From Amia ocellicauda (lineage: Eukaryota), in the NCBI RefSeq assembly GCF_036373705.1, contig NC_089855.1, positions 18,021,962-18,085,961 on the forward strand: 64,000 nt of DNA, in the 5' to 3' direction. The notes beneath the pieces were generated by a model. The model made no database searches. It was not told where the DNA came from and saw only the letters and a program-made list of their open reading frames with translations. A program made the translations under genes and the position numbers. Shown piece by piece: positions 13,797 to 28,222 of this stretch (the stretch's first letter is position 1; each line of letters starts with the position of its first letter).

Positions 13797-14705
13797 CTAA
13801 TCACGTAGGCTACTCACGACCGCCTCGTGGTATTTAGTCCACAGTCCCCTCCCTCGGTTCCATGGGATGATGATCAGCGCCGCTCCTTCTCCCCCAGTGG
13901 AAGCCCCCTGTGTCAGCACGCCCTGGCAGATCTTGAGCTCCGTCCACTCTTGGAAGATCCTTTTGGCTTCAGGTAACATGGTCCGGGATATAGGCATGGG
14001 AGGCAATCTTCCCATAGCAACCCACTCACACACCTGCCAAATTGCAGGGTCTTCTTGCTGCCACTGTGCCCATGGAAAATCTTCTTCCAGTTCAGCCTCC
14101 TGGGGTACGGGTCTGTCTCCAGCTTCCACAGCCTGCACCTGAAGTAACTCTTCTCCAAGGGCCTCCCCTGGGAGTCTAGACAAAATGTCTGCATTGTCGG
14201 CCAGTATTAGATCTCAAAATTAAATATAAACCACAAAGGTTGTTCCCCAGAGGAAATCTTTAAACTTTTCAGTTACAGCCCATTTAAGCGCCAGCAGTTC
14301 CAGTTTAAAGGAGCTATAGTTCTGATCGGTAATAGCCCACAAACTTGAGGACCGATAGGACCTGCCTCACCGTGGTTGGCACTGCCTATTCTTCTACAGC
14401 ACTCTCTTTCTCCGGGTCAGGAGCCACCCCGCTCCGACTGACCCAGTGGCCCAAATAACTCACCTCCTTCTGTACGAAGAGGCATTGCAGAGTCCGAAGG
14501 GCATCCTCTCGAATTTGTACAATCCTAATGGTGTGGTAAAGGCCATCTTCTCACAGTCCCGCTTCGACTCACAGAGACTCAGCTCCCACCGGCTGGCACC
14601 CATTGATCCCCTCTCTCTTTCTCGTCAGGGCAGCTTTTATCCATACTGTGTGCTAACATGTGCAGTGGCTGTGAGTGAAGGATGGGGCGCTGCTTAGTGA
14701 AACAG
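13797..14705 (-). pseudogene. gypsy pol fragment: RT C-terminus, RNase H and integrase N-terminal region
   Basis: Minus-strand ORF 13797-14183 plus the upstream frames described above. It is truncated on the 5' side; no protease, gag or 5' LTR was recognised beyond about 14705. Confidence 0.6.
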
Positions 14706-15917
14706 GTGTGCCGCATTAGCTGTCAAAGTCCCATGCAATCATACATAAGTGAAACAAGTGCAGACCAATCAATTAATGAAAACAAACAATTAGTGAAATA
14801 ATACAAATTAAATCAACAAACAATAAAGAATAATATAATTGCAATGATGAATCACACAGAGCCTTGGCACCCTCTGTGACACTGAGCAGCACACACACAA
14901 GGGGACAGGGGCCACCAGGCGCCTGTACAGCACCAATCAAACCCAGGAGTGAGCTACCAGACTCTACTGTGGAGATGCCACCCTGGCAGATGGTACAAAT
15001 GAAAGAGGAGGTGGCAGACGGAGAAAACACACTCTCAACTGACTTCAAAAGAATAAAGGCCAGGACTACTGACACTCAACTGAAGCCAGCACCGAATTCC
15101 CAATAAAGGGAGCCGTGACTGTCTCATTCAACCTAATAAATGTGTGCAGAGAAACCCAACACACCACCACACAGATGTCAGTCAATGGGGCACCCTGGAA
15201 AAGTGCAGTGTGCTACCAGGTGCTCAGGCACTGGGATCGGTGTAGACTTGTAGGCAATAACGATGACATCAACAATCCTGTGAGACAGCCTCTGTTTAGA
15301 CAGTATCTACGCACCATGAGATACAAACAGCTGGTCTGAAGCACGGATCCCCCATGTACAATACAGGTAGCACCATAGCACCCAGACAAGGCAGAGCAGG
15401 TGCAAATGGCAAATGCCATTAACTCCACCTTCCTGTAAACATTGAAGAAGGAGATAATTTTTGGAAGAAATGCAGGGTTTAGCCAAAGCGTAACCCTGTA
15501 GCTGTTACCAGCAAAATGATCACATGAAATATAAAGAAACAGGATAGAAATCGGATAAAGAAAATCAAGGCAAATATTTGCAATAACCCTGGGATTAAGG
15601 ACAATAGGTAGAACAATGGTGTGCTGTAGTTTCATTCATAGTCTCTATATGTGTCACATTAATGTGTAGTGAGCAATTTAAACACCCAGAAAACCCATAT
15701 ACCAAAAGCCTTTCCTAGCTACTGGAAATGCCTTTGTTTCTGTCCTGGAGTTCACAATGCTAGATTTTGTGCTGCTCTCTAAGGAGCTTTTCATTTTCCT
15801 GGGTTGAATTATACCCAATATTTCCAAACGGTTATTTCCCCCTGCAGATTTTACACATTCAGCTGTTTTGTAGATTAACCCATATTTGGGAGTCAGTCAT
15901 GGGTCATATGGCTCCTC

Positions 15918-15944
15918 ACTGACTGACTGACTGACTGACTGACT
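15918..15944. repeat. (CTGA)n microsatellite
   Basis: gactgactgactgactgactgact read directly. Confidence 0.9.
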
Positions 15945-18534
15945 ATCCCTCCCCCACCCTCCCTCGGAAAAACGGCACTTCTCAGCTCAGCGCATTTGAT
16001 TCAAAGCTGCTCCTGACAGCTGGAGAGATGACATGTGTGGTTTTCTTTCCATGACGGTTGTGCTGATAGGAACTGTTAGCACCTGGGTAAGTCTGTGTCT
16101 AACTTCTCCAGCCAATGGCAAGGCAAGCAGCTGAGAACACTCTGCGCTGTGCAGCTGTCTGCAGGCTGCCTCTGAGGATGAACATACCCTGGGCAAAAAG
16201 TAATTGGACACATCCGATTGGGCGTGATTAAGCCAAATACAGTTGTTGGCAAGACAACTTGAGTTTATTGCATATTCCTGAATCCATAAACATATATTTG
16301 TATTGAGAATATTGCCCCATGCACAGCCATTGTTCTCTTGTTATAGTTCTTAAAGATGGAAGTTGATGTGGCAGAAGAGACAGATATAATTTTATCTCAT
16401 CTCAGGCTTTTTAAATGTCTTGTTAAATACTGTTTTATCTCCTTAAATTATTCAAATCAGCCACTGGTCGATTTTCTTGTACATGATGTTATTATAGAGT
16501 CATTGCTCTCTCCTTTGTTTTCTGTGTTGTGCTGTTGTATCTATTTAAAGACATCCAGCTGACAACACTTAAATTAGCATTTTCTTGTGCTGGATTGTCA
16601 CAATGTGTCTCTCCTTGAAGCTGAAGAAATGAAAAAGTGGGAGGGAATGGCAAGAGAACAGAATGCACATACATTGCATTAGCAAAGCATGAAGGGTACA
16701 CTAATGTGATTCCCTTCCATATGATTTGTTGGAAAACAAAAATGTCTTCCAAGCACAGCATTGTTGACCTCCCTTAACATGACTTAATTTCACTGTATCA
16801 CAAACACTGTACACCCCCTCCTGTCTCTGAGTTGACTGACTATTTTCCTGCATCTAACAAGCACAAATGAACTGTGCTAAACTCCTAGCACTGCTGACCT
16901 ATTTTGTGGGTAAAGTCATCCATTTTGGCGAACTTCCACAACATTACTGTCGTATTAGGTAGGGTATTAGAATTTAGTTAATCATAAAAACATTTGTGTG
17001 ATTAAGCTTTTCATTTGAAGTCATTACCATATTTGCTAATATATTTCTGGCTGTGTGCTAAGAGAAGGATGAGTGAACATATATAAACAACATTTTGATT
17101 TTGATTTTTATACACAATGAAAAGCTTTTGCTAACACCCAAACAACTAAAGCATGGTTTAATTCATTCCAGCAGCGCTTTATAGCTGGCTTTAGTCATCT
17201 TCATAGATATATTACATAAAAAAAAAAAAAAAACACACATTTGAAAACATCACAGAGGTAGCTCAGGTAGCTGCACACAATAGCTTAAATGGTTACTGAA
17301 TCCTTTCCAGTTATATTTTCATCAAACAGTACAACAATTCAAAATCTGCTGCTTGCTTCTGTGCTTTGCCTTTGCTGGGCTGTGTTTTTCCCCCCTGCTC
17401 TGTCTCTTTCTTCATAATCTGGGCCCTGCATGCTGAGTTTATTAGCAATACCTTTAATAGTTTATAGGGCTGCTTTTGTTTTTCCTTTTTGCAGATTACT
17501 TGAGTGTGAGGTTATACAATAACTCGTTGCACGATTGTTTAGAAAATTAATCGTTAAACAAGTCTTTAAAGTGATTTAGTTGTATTTAACATCTTTCGGC
17601 TCTGCGGCTATGCAGTCTCATTGAAGCCCAGTTAAGTATTAAGGTTAAGTAATGCTAAGGTTTCTTTGTCTGTTTAAATCTGGAACTAAACATTTTGAAC
17701 CATCTCTTCAGATCCCAGTGGAAGACACCTTTTCAGACAATCGTGAGGTGACATTTTACCTGGCATTTCAAATAGCAGCAATTGCACAATCATAAAAACA
17801 ATATATAGAAAATCATGTTGTAGTTTTCCTTTCAGTAATAAAGGCCATCAACTACAGAGTGCGTTTTCCTCCCTCAAAGAGACCAGGAACAGTATGTGTG
17901 AGTCTTAATATAATTGTCCCCATAGTTCTCTCTGGTGAATCAACTGCCTGCTTCATCACAGAATTTGTCATTTTCTGTTTGCAGAGAGCACTGGGATGCT
18001 CATTAGCAAGTTAGCAGGGCATCACGGTGCAAAGCTGTAGAAAGGTCATCTCCCTGAAGTATTCCAGCAGTGACTTCAAAGGCTCAGATGTGTCTGGAAT
18101 TCAACTGCCTTAATTGTCCTGATGGCGTTTTCAACACATCCGGAGCTCCGACAATCACTGCAGAGATTAATCATTTCATTTGGGCTCAAGAGATGTTGCT
18201 CAACTATACGTTGAAAGAACTTGGAGAAACGCAAGACAGATTGTATTGATTTTTTTAGGTGTATCATGAGAATTGCTCCAATACTGAATATTTCGTGTTA
18301 AAGAAGAAAGCTCTTACATTCAAATTTTAATTTCCATTTTCTTTTTCTGTTCTGTTTCCACAAAACTAAAATAACCTAGTACATTTAACTCCGGCTACAT
18401 ACTGGTATTATAGTTTATGCTTCTCAAGGGTGATGGACTAGTAAATATGAGTTATACGTAAACCATAATGATGCATAACAAGCATTTCAGGAAACTTGTT
18501 ATTTCCTGTAATTTCAGGAAATAACATGGTTGCA

Positions 18535-18775
18535 TTTTGACTGTCCCTTACGACACTCTTTTGTCCCATAATAACACTTTTTGAGTCTTGTATGAAATGT
18601 TTTAGTCCCTATTAGATATTTTGGTCGCATATTAAATTGTTTGGTCATTTATGACACTTTTGGGTCCCGTTTCACATTTTATGTTCCCATATGACACTTT
18701 GTGCTTGTCCTGTACCACACTTAGTCTTTAATTTTCTTATTGGGCTCATATTTTCATATTACAGGGGTTATGGTG
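18535..18775. repeat. minisatellite, about 10 degenerate copies of a 20-22 bp unit (consensus roughly TTTKGGTCNCATATNACACT)
   Basis: Successive units read directly: ttttgtcccataataacact, ttttgagtcttgtatgaaatg, ttttagtccctattagatat, tttggtcgcatattaaattg, tttggtcatttatgacact, tttgggtcccgtttcacat, and others. A short inverted repeat (gttatttcctg / caggaaataac, 18488-18520) precedes it. Confidence 0.6.
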
Positions 18776-21700
18776 TAATAAAAATGCTTAATTAGTTTTG
18801 GGGGCTATTTCCACTATTATAATAAGTTATAATATAAATAATAATCAGTTATAATAGAACTAATAATAGTTATTCTCATTATTATTAGTAGTATTAATGG
18901 ATGGTTGTTTCATCATTATTAAATCAAGCAATTAGTTCATTGGCATTGGGTAGCTTTAATAGGCAATAAAAACAGACAATTTTCACTATATATTTTTTTT
19001 TCCAGCATGTTTTGCCTAGAACAAATGTTCATAAAATACATTCTTAAATCATCACAGGTTCTCTGTGCCTCATCTTTTTATTACTGGAGAAATGCAATTT
19101 ATCATCAAAGGTCCTAAAACAGTCTGACGTTTTGGATCATCTTAGTTTTTCTGCCCAAAACGTTGCCAGTCTATTGCCTTGCATACAGATTCATTCTACA
19201 CTTCTACAGATTTTAAGAAAGTAGTTGGACCTTGATGTTCATTATCATCCAGGTAACTAGATTAGGTACTGTCTGACACACTTGGGAGGTCTCAGCTGGC
19301 TTTCCACATGACTTAACGCTCTGTTAGAAAATGCTGGAATCACAATTTCAGAGTGCCTACCCTGGTCTTTATTCCTTCTGCTTCATCTGTTCTTTCGGTC
19401 CTGTGGCATTGCCTCAGACACTCAGAGTTGAGAGAGAGGCAGTAAATCAACGAAGTGCAGAGCAACACATGACAGTGTTAATGCTGTTTTGGATAACTCA
19501 TTGTTATATAGACTAAGCCACTTTTTCAATGCATGACAAATGTAATGTGAGGGGACACAAGCCTACTTTATTGTTGTCCAAACACTGTATTTGTTTTAAA
19601 CATGAATGTAAACATATACAGTACATTATGTGCGGAAGTACCAAATCAAGTATTTGGTCCTCCTGTAAAAGTAACCTGAGGACAACTGAATTCATAGCTG
19701 TATGTATACCCATTCATCTTTATACTGACTTTATAAAATGAATGATCTGGTCCTAATATACATTGAGCATGATTCAAAGCAAAAAAATCTCACTTGTACT
19801 GGTCGTAAAATAAAACCTTTCCATTCTTTGAGTCTTTTAAATCACTACAACAACAAATGAGTGTAAACGTTACATACCTTCTGAGGGACTGAACAATTAT
19901 TTTGCTTCCTCCCAACATTAAACACATTCCTCTGCACTGATTACAGGTATCCACAGAAGAAACCTGGGACTCAATCATGTGTTTACTCCCTAAAAATATC
20001 CCAATAATGAAGATGACATGAGTGTTTGTTTCTATTAATACAAGACAGCTGATACATCAAAGCAGTGGTGCTCATTAAACCATTTTGCTCATTAAGGGGA
20101 GATGTGGCATCGCCACACAATCAAATCAATCTAATGGGCTGAATGTTTAGCTTTAAACAAATCTTTAGCAGAGACTTTCAGCTCAGCTATGTGAATTCCA
20201 CTCCCACTCATTAGTAACTATGTTCCTCGGGATCAAAGTCATTGCAATTAGTTATGTAATTATATTGGGAAATATATATCAATATGTTTATATTTTTAAC
20301 TTTTAATCTTCAGTGAAATCCACTACATTGTTGCTTTTGTTTAATCAATCAGCAGTTCAGGTGAATCGTTTGTCCCGTTTCCAATAGCAAAAAAAAAAAA
20401 AAAAAAAAGCAATAAAAACAAATTACCTTGAGAAATACCCATTCATCTAGAATTGGCATCAGAATGAAGACAAGAAACCTGATACAATGCTCAGTAATTC
20501 CCTTCACCCAGGAAATAATGGCTGGGAAAACCAGATGTGAAGGCTAAAGATTGAGCAGCCCTCATGGACTACAGAGCAAATAAAATACACCTGGAGGGCA
20601 CGGCAGTTTAGGGCTGAGAAAAAAATATGCCTTTTCTTCCTTCTGAGCAGGTCTGATTTTTCAGCCCTGGTTTCAAAATTACATCACAATTTCTGTATAA
20701 ACCTCCAAATATATGCTGATCTTTATTCACACAATAGCCTGGTCACAGCGGTGTTTACACAACATAACATAACTACTCAAGTCTTAAAGCGGATCTCGAT
20801 ATTTTGGAAACTGCACGTGGAAAATAAGCTCCTGATACACAATTTGCTCAGCATGGCCTCTTCAGAGGTTAGTATAACAGAACTTAAAGGAGGTTCTGGT
20901 TGGACTGGAGCCTAGGTAAGGATTTACAGGTCCCAGAACCATGTATGTATTCCAGCTGATTCCAAGGCATTTGCAGCATTTAGTCTGTAAGAGGAATCAA
21001 CTTTATTTTGTGTGACAGCCATCTGTTCCACAGCTTTAATTGTGTATATGTCACTGCCAGCATCCATGAGCTGGAGGGAAGACAGATCTTGGAGAAGAAA
21101 TAAACCACAGCCTTTTTCTTCTCATTAACTTAAATTTAGGATCTCTCATAATGTACATCTGTCTGAATGTTTTTCCTGTTACTACATTTACTTTAGAGTT
21201 ATAGTTTGTTCTTTTTTTTAACTTACACACAATTACAGAAATTGCTAGGTTTGGCAGTCTAGATATTATGAGGTTTAAAGATGGTGATACTATTTTCCAT
21301 TTGAAAAACAACAGATGTACAGAGGGGAAAATGTTATGTGTATTTAGCCTACAGCTTATGTTAGTAGTAGGAACTGTTGTAAATAAATAAACTAATAATG
21401 ACAGATTCATGCTATGACATTTTAGCCATTGCCTTTATTTGGCTAGTTAAAAACTCATAAAAATGTTTATTTATGCACCTTGGTGAATTTGAGAAGTTGT
21501 GTATGTTTTTTCTTATTCTGAACATCTTCTTTTGCCATTTATATGTATTATCTGGACATTCACATTACAAGCACTTGGCCATTTCTGTCAGCTTCTACTC
21601 CAATAGTGGCGGCCAGTTTTTTCTGTTGTCCTCTGACCTTTCTCTTCCTTGTTTTGTCTTACAAATTGAAAGAAATCTGGAGAAACTTGATCTTATGTAA

Positions 21701-24700
21701 TTATATCATTTCATCAGAACACATTCCAACAGCATCACCAATGCACATGAAATATCTGTTTTGGAGTAACAGAAGAATGGTAGAGAATATTTAAACTGAC
21801 AATATAACAGAATTGTGCAGCACAATTTTGATCAGATATTGCAAATAACAAATACAGTGTTGCTTTTATCTGTCATTGCTTTTTTCTTTTGTCAGTAAAA
21901 GATAAATAGATTTGCTAGAAATGTAAAAAACCTTCACAAAATGCGATTGAATTGCCAAGAAAAACTTAATTAAAAACATGAATTATCTGCACCACTGAGC
22001 CTCTATGATCCATGAATTATAAATATCTCAGATTCTAGGGAGATAGAAATCACCTGAATTGGTCAGATTCAAACCTTTCATCTGGGTGACAGGAGATCTA
22101 AAACCTTACATTTAGTGTTTTTGGAGGCATATGGAATTACAGATTTAGCAAAATGTATGACAAACATGTTACTAGTAACCACTCAAGACATATCCAAAAT
22201 CTCATGTAAATAACCTGCAGTTCCAGATCCTGCCTGTTGGGGTCCGTGCTGGGAGCACTTTCTGAGAAGGTCAAGAGTTGAATGCTCCAAATTGCAACAG
22301 CCAGGGATGGGACATATCCAAAGAATTTAAGATATTTAAGATAAAGAATGTATGTATTTATGTAAATGATGATTGTGTTTCACTTATTATGAGTTATTAT
22401 TATTTAAGCTTAGTCTGTGGTGGATCAAAAGCCCTTTGACCACCTAAACATTCCTCTGCATTAAGATATGCATTTTCTTCATCATTAGATATAGTTATTA
22501 ATTAAAGGCCGCTGATTAAATTAGAAAGGGAACATGCACATGTCAGATGCTATTATTGGAACCTGTAAATCACAGATTTCCATACCAAACTAAATTTTAT
22601 AAAGTTTTCTTTATATTACTTTTTTTCGATTGCATAACCTTATTATTAAAATATTTGAAGGCTTACTAACTAAATTGTTATACCATCCAAGTGATTTAAT
22701 TTCTTGGTAGAAGGGGGTATTACTTGCTAAAGCTGTCTTGGCTTTGTTTATAGTGTTGGCTACATGAGAAGATCTAGTGAATGACGGTTTGAGCAATGGA
22801 CAAAAGGGGGAGGGTATTCCAACAGACATCTGCAAACCAAGAATAGATACAATAACGTACATTTAAGCATTCTATATTTATAATTTAATCACCATTTGTA
22901 GAAATGCGCCACAACTGAAATACAAGACCAGGAAAGCCAACCACACCCAAGATAACACACTCTACTTCCAAAAAAAAAAAAAAAAAAAATAGAAGAGAAA
23001 GGGCATGAGAAGAAAAACAGCTGATTTATTGAATTTTCAAAATTTGAAAGAAAGTCAAATAGCAAAACAATCAGTGTTCAGTGTTATACCTTTCATAGAA
23101 TTAGAATTGTAGTTCCTGGAATATATATTTTTTTATGCCACTAATTTAATGGGAATCAATTCTTAGTATCTGAAAAACAACAGAAGATATTAGTTTTGAA
23201 AATATAACAGACTTCCCATCTAACAGGGTGAACAAATCAATGCTCACAGTAGAGTTTCCCCAACCCTGTTCCAGGGAGATCCATGTCTTCTGGTTTTTCA
23301 TTCCATCTGAGTTCTCAATTACTTAATTGAACCCAGAATTAAGATAACAACTATCTGTGTGTTCTCATTTGTCTTCAGTGGTTCTTCCAATGAGGTTGAC
23401 ATTATGAGCTCTGTGTGGACTTTCCCAGGATCTTAATTATCATTGACAGTACAGACCAACACTACGATTTGATTTGTCCATGAGCTTGTAAAAGTGAAAA
23501 CAAAAACTCTCCATGTCCCAGCATTGTGAGAATCAACTCAACCTGACTGCCTGGCTCCCAGTTTGCCTTCCTTCAGCAGGAATTATATAATGTGAGTTAT
23601 GTAAGAAATTCCCTGGCAGGACTTCTTGAAAAATGAAAATTAGTAGGGCCTATGCCTTGATTATATGATACGTGCAATTTTACCACTTTAAGAACATCAA
23701 TGTGCAATGTTTTTCTTTCAAAAGCTAAAAGAGATTTTTCTAGTTTTCAGATCATTCCCGGGGTACATGAAGCATACATTACATTCTTGTAAAGAAAATA
23801 GAAAACATTTCAACTCTACTGACACTTGAAGGCTTTCAATGGAAGCCTGTAATAAATGTGACCTTGTTTTGTTTTCTTCCTTTGGCCTTTATTTCCTGTG
23901 AGGAAGGGGCAAAGCAGGCAGTTTGGGAGATACAGTATGGGTGATAACGACTTGAATGAGGCGTTAAACTGACAACCTGTTTATTCTGTGAAAATTACGA
24001 TCCCATGGCTCTCTTTTAGTGGGTGGTGGTGGATATCATACTGGCAGATTCTTTAAGGAAACAAAAAGAGAAAGTCATTAGAAAGGAATACATGCCCCGG
24101 AGAAAGAACTGTGTAAATAGGAGAACCACAAGAAAAGCTAACAGACAGATATTATCCCTGTTTCTGAGCAATTTAGGAAATGCTCAAAGTAGGATATTAT
24201 GAACGTTTCATTTATATTTGGGTTTGGTTTCTAGCTTCGTATTTACAGAAGTTGTTTTTAGTCTGAATCTCAAGCTAAATACAACTTTCTAGATCATAAT
24301 CAAGGAATTCAAAGGATGAGATTTTAATTTTAGCAGTTTTTTTTTTTTTTTTTTTATTCTGTATTTCTACGTCAAAGGGAGTCATACAAAGCTCTCCAGA
24401 TGTGCTTCAAACACACTGACACTGACTCTCACTGACACAGACCCAATAGGACAGTTGACCTCAGAGGTGCCAGGGCAGCGAATGTCACCAGGTCCAATTT
24501 TTCATCAACTGCCTTATTACTGCACAAATATTCTGACTTTTAAATTCTTCCAGATGACAATTTGAAAGAATGTGATGACACACCAGCAGGCCAAAATCCA
24601 ACACAAACTCAGAGATGAAATCACACAGCCACTTTGAGAGTAAACTGGCTAGCAAATGAACACATTTGGATGTAGGAAAATTAGGTTGTTTGCTTAATTA

Positions 24701-25498
24701 ATTGAGCAAATTAGCCATGTGTTAGCATACCACACAAGAGATAAAGGCCAAGAGAGAACCACACTACAAATCCTGTTTTATTTGGACAATGAGAAAATGG
24801 TAGCAATTATTCATTAGTCCTTTAACTCCAACTCATTAAATCTCCAGCACCTTGTGTGGCCCGACTTCCATCAGTTGTTTTAAAAAGCATCAGATTATGT
24901 CTCTTCCTTCGTTCTGCCCTCTGGTTTATTATGCAGATGTGCTTTTAAGTAATTAAGTCATGGGAGGGGGTTGACCCACATGGCACTCAATGGAATGGAG
25001 GAGTGCGGGAGCTAAAACAACAAACAGCCCCTTGCGGTGCCTCTCCAAACAGGCTCATCAGTGTTATGAAGCTTTCAGATGCTGTGCTGTCAGTATAACC
25101 GCACTATCAGTTCTATTACAAACATCCACTAGAAAGCACTTCTCCTAAGGATGAGGCAGTAAACAGGTGCAGTGCTAAAGGCCCTTGTGTGGTGTGCTTG
25201 GCCTGTGTTTGTGCATGAAATCTCCAGACCTTGAGTTAACATGATATTAAAATTGAAGTAGAGCATAGAGCAATTCAAGAGCATGGAAATGTGTCACATT
25301 TCCCGTATTCAACAATATCCCCAGTTCCATCATCAACTATTCAATGTTGTGCTATTCATTATCTATGAAAGGCAATCACCTCCATATCCCATTGATTACT
25401 GCACTAGTACTTCACCGCCGATTTAAATATAAATGAAACATAATAGTAATAAAACAGCAATCAGGATGATAGTGTTGTAGATTGATGTTTTTTCATGT

Positions 25499-25831
25499 TC
25501 ATCCATCCATTTTCAAAACTGCTTGTCCTGGTGAGGGTCATGGGGAAGCCAGAGCCGATAGGGTGCAAGGCAGGAATACACCCAGGACGGGACACCAGTC
25601 CATCGCTGGGTAACACACACACACACACACAGGGCAATTTAGCATGGCCAATTTACCTTATCTGCAGGTCTTTAGACAATGGGAGGAAACCAGAGTGCCT
25701 GGAGAAAACCCACATGGATGTGGGGAGAACATGCAAACTCCACACAGACAGGCACCCCAAGCTGGAATTCAAACCCGGGATCCCTGGAGCTGTAAGGCAG
25801 CAGCGCTAACCACCGCACCACTGTGCCACCC
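25499..25831 (-). mobile_element. tRNA-derived SINE (actinopterygian type), about 333 bp
   Basis: The minus-strand reading starts with a tRNA-like head, gggtggcacagtggtgcggtggttagcgctgctgcc...gggtttgaattcc (A and B box-like). It is followed by the conserved core gtgtggagtttgcatgttctccccac and a 3' end ggatggatgg. A (CA)n tract is embedded at 25617-25632. Confidence 0.8.
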
Positions 25832-27887
25832 ACATTCAAGTTCAAAACAATTAATATTACATAAATACAGTTAGGATGGTTCTATGTATAGGCTGTGGGA
25901 AGGGGAGATAGAGAAGGTTTACTCTTTGTATAAAATCATTGATCGTGTCAGTAACAATGCCCAATGGTGCAGCTTCATCAGTCCAGACAATCAGACTGTT
26001 TGTTCTGCGCTTTGCTAATTCTCAACTGCTGGAGTGTTTCAGCACATGTCTGACTGAGAGTTTAGTGGGTGAAAGAGAAAAGAAGTAACATGCTGCTCGG
26101 CTTGTCCTGGCTGTTTAAAATATACGTGCCCAGTGCATGATCCACTGCTAGATTACAGTTCAGTCACGTCAAACGGACAGCGTTTTTAAATCACAACACT
26201 ATTTATTAACTAAATAGAAACTAAATTCAAAAATCCCTTTGAAGGCTCATTACCAGGCCAAACATAAATGCACAAATGCACTGTACCCTGCTTCAGGCAT
26301 AGGGTCAAATGAGTGCCATTGGTTTTTCCTACTTTCCTACTGACCAACAAATGTTTAAGTGGACATACTCCCCACTAACACATACATATTCTTCAGTCCC
26401 CTGAATTATTTGGACAACAGGAACCAGTGCAAGTGTCCCCTCCTCATCTGACACACAGGACTGAGCAGCTCCCTATCGCAACATTCTTTAACCCATCCAT
26501 GAATGGATGAATGAATTAATACTAGAAGAATCTCTTAATAAAAACAAAACACAATCAGTGTACTAAGTTATGATGCCCGAGAGGGTTAAGAGCTGATTCA
26601 CAGCTTGTCAAGAATCATAAATAAATAAAAATTGTCGAGAACATCCCTCTGTAGTGTTTGAAAGGGTAATAGATAGGAGGTGACAGCAGTTAAAAGGCAC
26701 AGTCCCTTAAGAATTATCTTAAGGTTGTATTTAATGAGTCTCTCAGCACCAATATCCTTCGGTGCAGATGCCCCCAGAACAAAACAGGGCCCAGTCCAGT
26801 AAGAAAGATTCAGTTGCACAGTTGTGTTCATTGAGGTCATACTGTACAATCACTTAAATTATGTTGAATTCCTGTGCACTGGCACAAATACAAATATTAA
26901 CTAAATAAGTTAATGTATTATCACATAAATCCTGTCTATTTTTACTGATCACTGGTGAAGGAGAGATGTATAGTGCCTTGGCAGAGGTAAAAGTAGACCT
27001 TGTAGGAAAGTTGATCTCAGACGCATGAGAACAATCATTCTACAAATGCTATAATGTGATATTTCAATTGAAGGCACAGTATGACATTCAAATTAGTCTA
27101 ATTATTTTATATATATATTTTCTGCTGGTATAACTCCACTGTGTCCTCATAATGGCTCCAGATATCTACTGTTTGTGCTACTCCACAAGTTTGACATAAC
27201 TGTAGTAATATTATTAATAATAAATAAAACTATATAGCGAATTAAACATTTAGCAATAGTATTACACATAGGCTGCCAATGGTAACTTTTCTATTCATTC
27301 TCTTGTCTGGGGTGTCCAAAGCTGGACTATTGCCTTTTACCTAACTTGGCACTTGTACTGCTTCAAACCAAAGACCTCCCGCACAGGATGCAAACATTCT
27401 CCACTCCAGTAGCGGATCTGAAGCCAGAGCGGGGTGTCAGTAAATTAAAAGCTGCTCTAGAGTGTGTGAATGGTAGAATGGTAGCAGGGACTCTTGCTTT
27501 AAAGAGATTTAATAAGAGCTGGTATTGACAGCAACTGGCAGGCTCTGACAAGGCTCTTTAGCTTAGAATGGATCCTGGAGTCTTCCCAGGAAGCGCCTCT
27601 ACCAGTGTAACAGAACGGTTCTGGCAGTGCAGCACTTGCTGACCACCACTGACTCAGGGCAATTCAGACCTGCCTCTTGGGATACTCCTGAAGGCAGAAT
27701 AAGTGTCCACTGTGATTTACACATTTTTGCCACAGTGTCATCTGTCTGTACTCATCATTGTTCACCTTTGACACTGATATGTGGAATGAAGGCAACATCA
27801 TGCTTCTAAGAAAGATTCACTTGCGCTACCATCCATGAAACATAAAGCCAACGCTAGTGTCATCCAGCCAGTCACACAGACCTTCAT

Positions 27888-28222
27888 CATAAGAACATTA
27901 GAACATAAGAAAGGAGGAGGAGGCCATTCGACCCATCGTGCTCGTTTGGTGTCCATTAATAACTGAGTAATCCAAGGATCCTATCCAGTCTGATTTTAAA
28001 TGTTCCCACATTTTCAGCTTCAGCCACATCGCTGGGGAGTTTGTTCCAGATTGTGACAACTCTCTGTGTGAAGAAGTGTCTCCTGTTTTCTGTCTTGAAT
28101 ACCCTGCAGCCCAATTTCCATTGGTGTGTGTGTCCCTGCTGATCTGGAAAAGCTCCTCTGGTTTGATGTGGTCGATGCCTTTCATGATTTTGAAGACTTG
28201 AATCAAGTCCCCACGTAGTCTC
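27888..28222 (-). mobile_element. CR1-like LINE 3'-end fragment (5'-truncated)
   Basis: Minus-strand ORF 27898-28275 encodes LIQVFKIMKGIDHIKPEELFQISRDTHTNG. It is near-identical at the nucleotide level to the copies at 13241-13760 and 45472-46012, including the shared 3' terminus cttatgttctaatgttcttatg. Confidence 0.75.

Larger units (their letters stand above)
10200..14705 (-). mobile_element. Ty3/gypsy LTR retrotransposon remnant (5'-truncated; pol RT-RNaseH-integrase plus putative 3' LTR), interrupted by a nested LINE insertion
   Basis: Minus-strand translations carry an RT C-terminal motif (MAFTTPLGLYKFERMPFGL; VSYLGHWVSRSGVAPDPEKESAV), an RNase H motif (LELLALKWAVTEKFKD), an integrase N-terminal region (ORF 13797-14183), the integrase catalytic core (ORFs 11765-12037 and 11501-11734, HSNRGAISESQLMADLTNMYGIRKSRNTPIIQGNGACEQMNQTL) and the integrase C-terminus (ORF 11128-11445, GEQVLVCNFRRGAHGKMAPYWYHPSW). 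The integrase is split by about 1.75 kb of LINE sequence in the opposite orientation. Confidence 0.7.
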
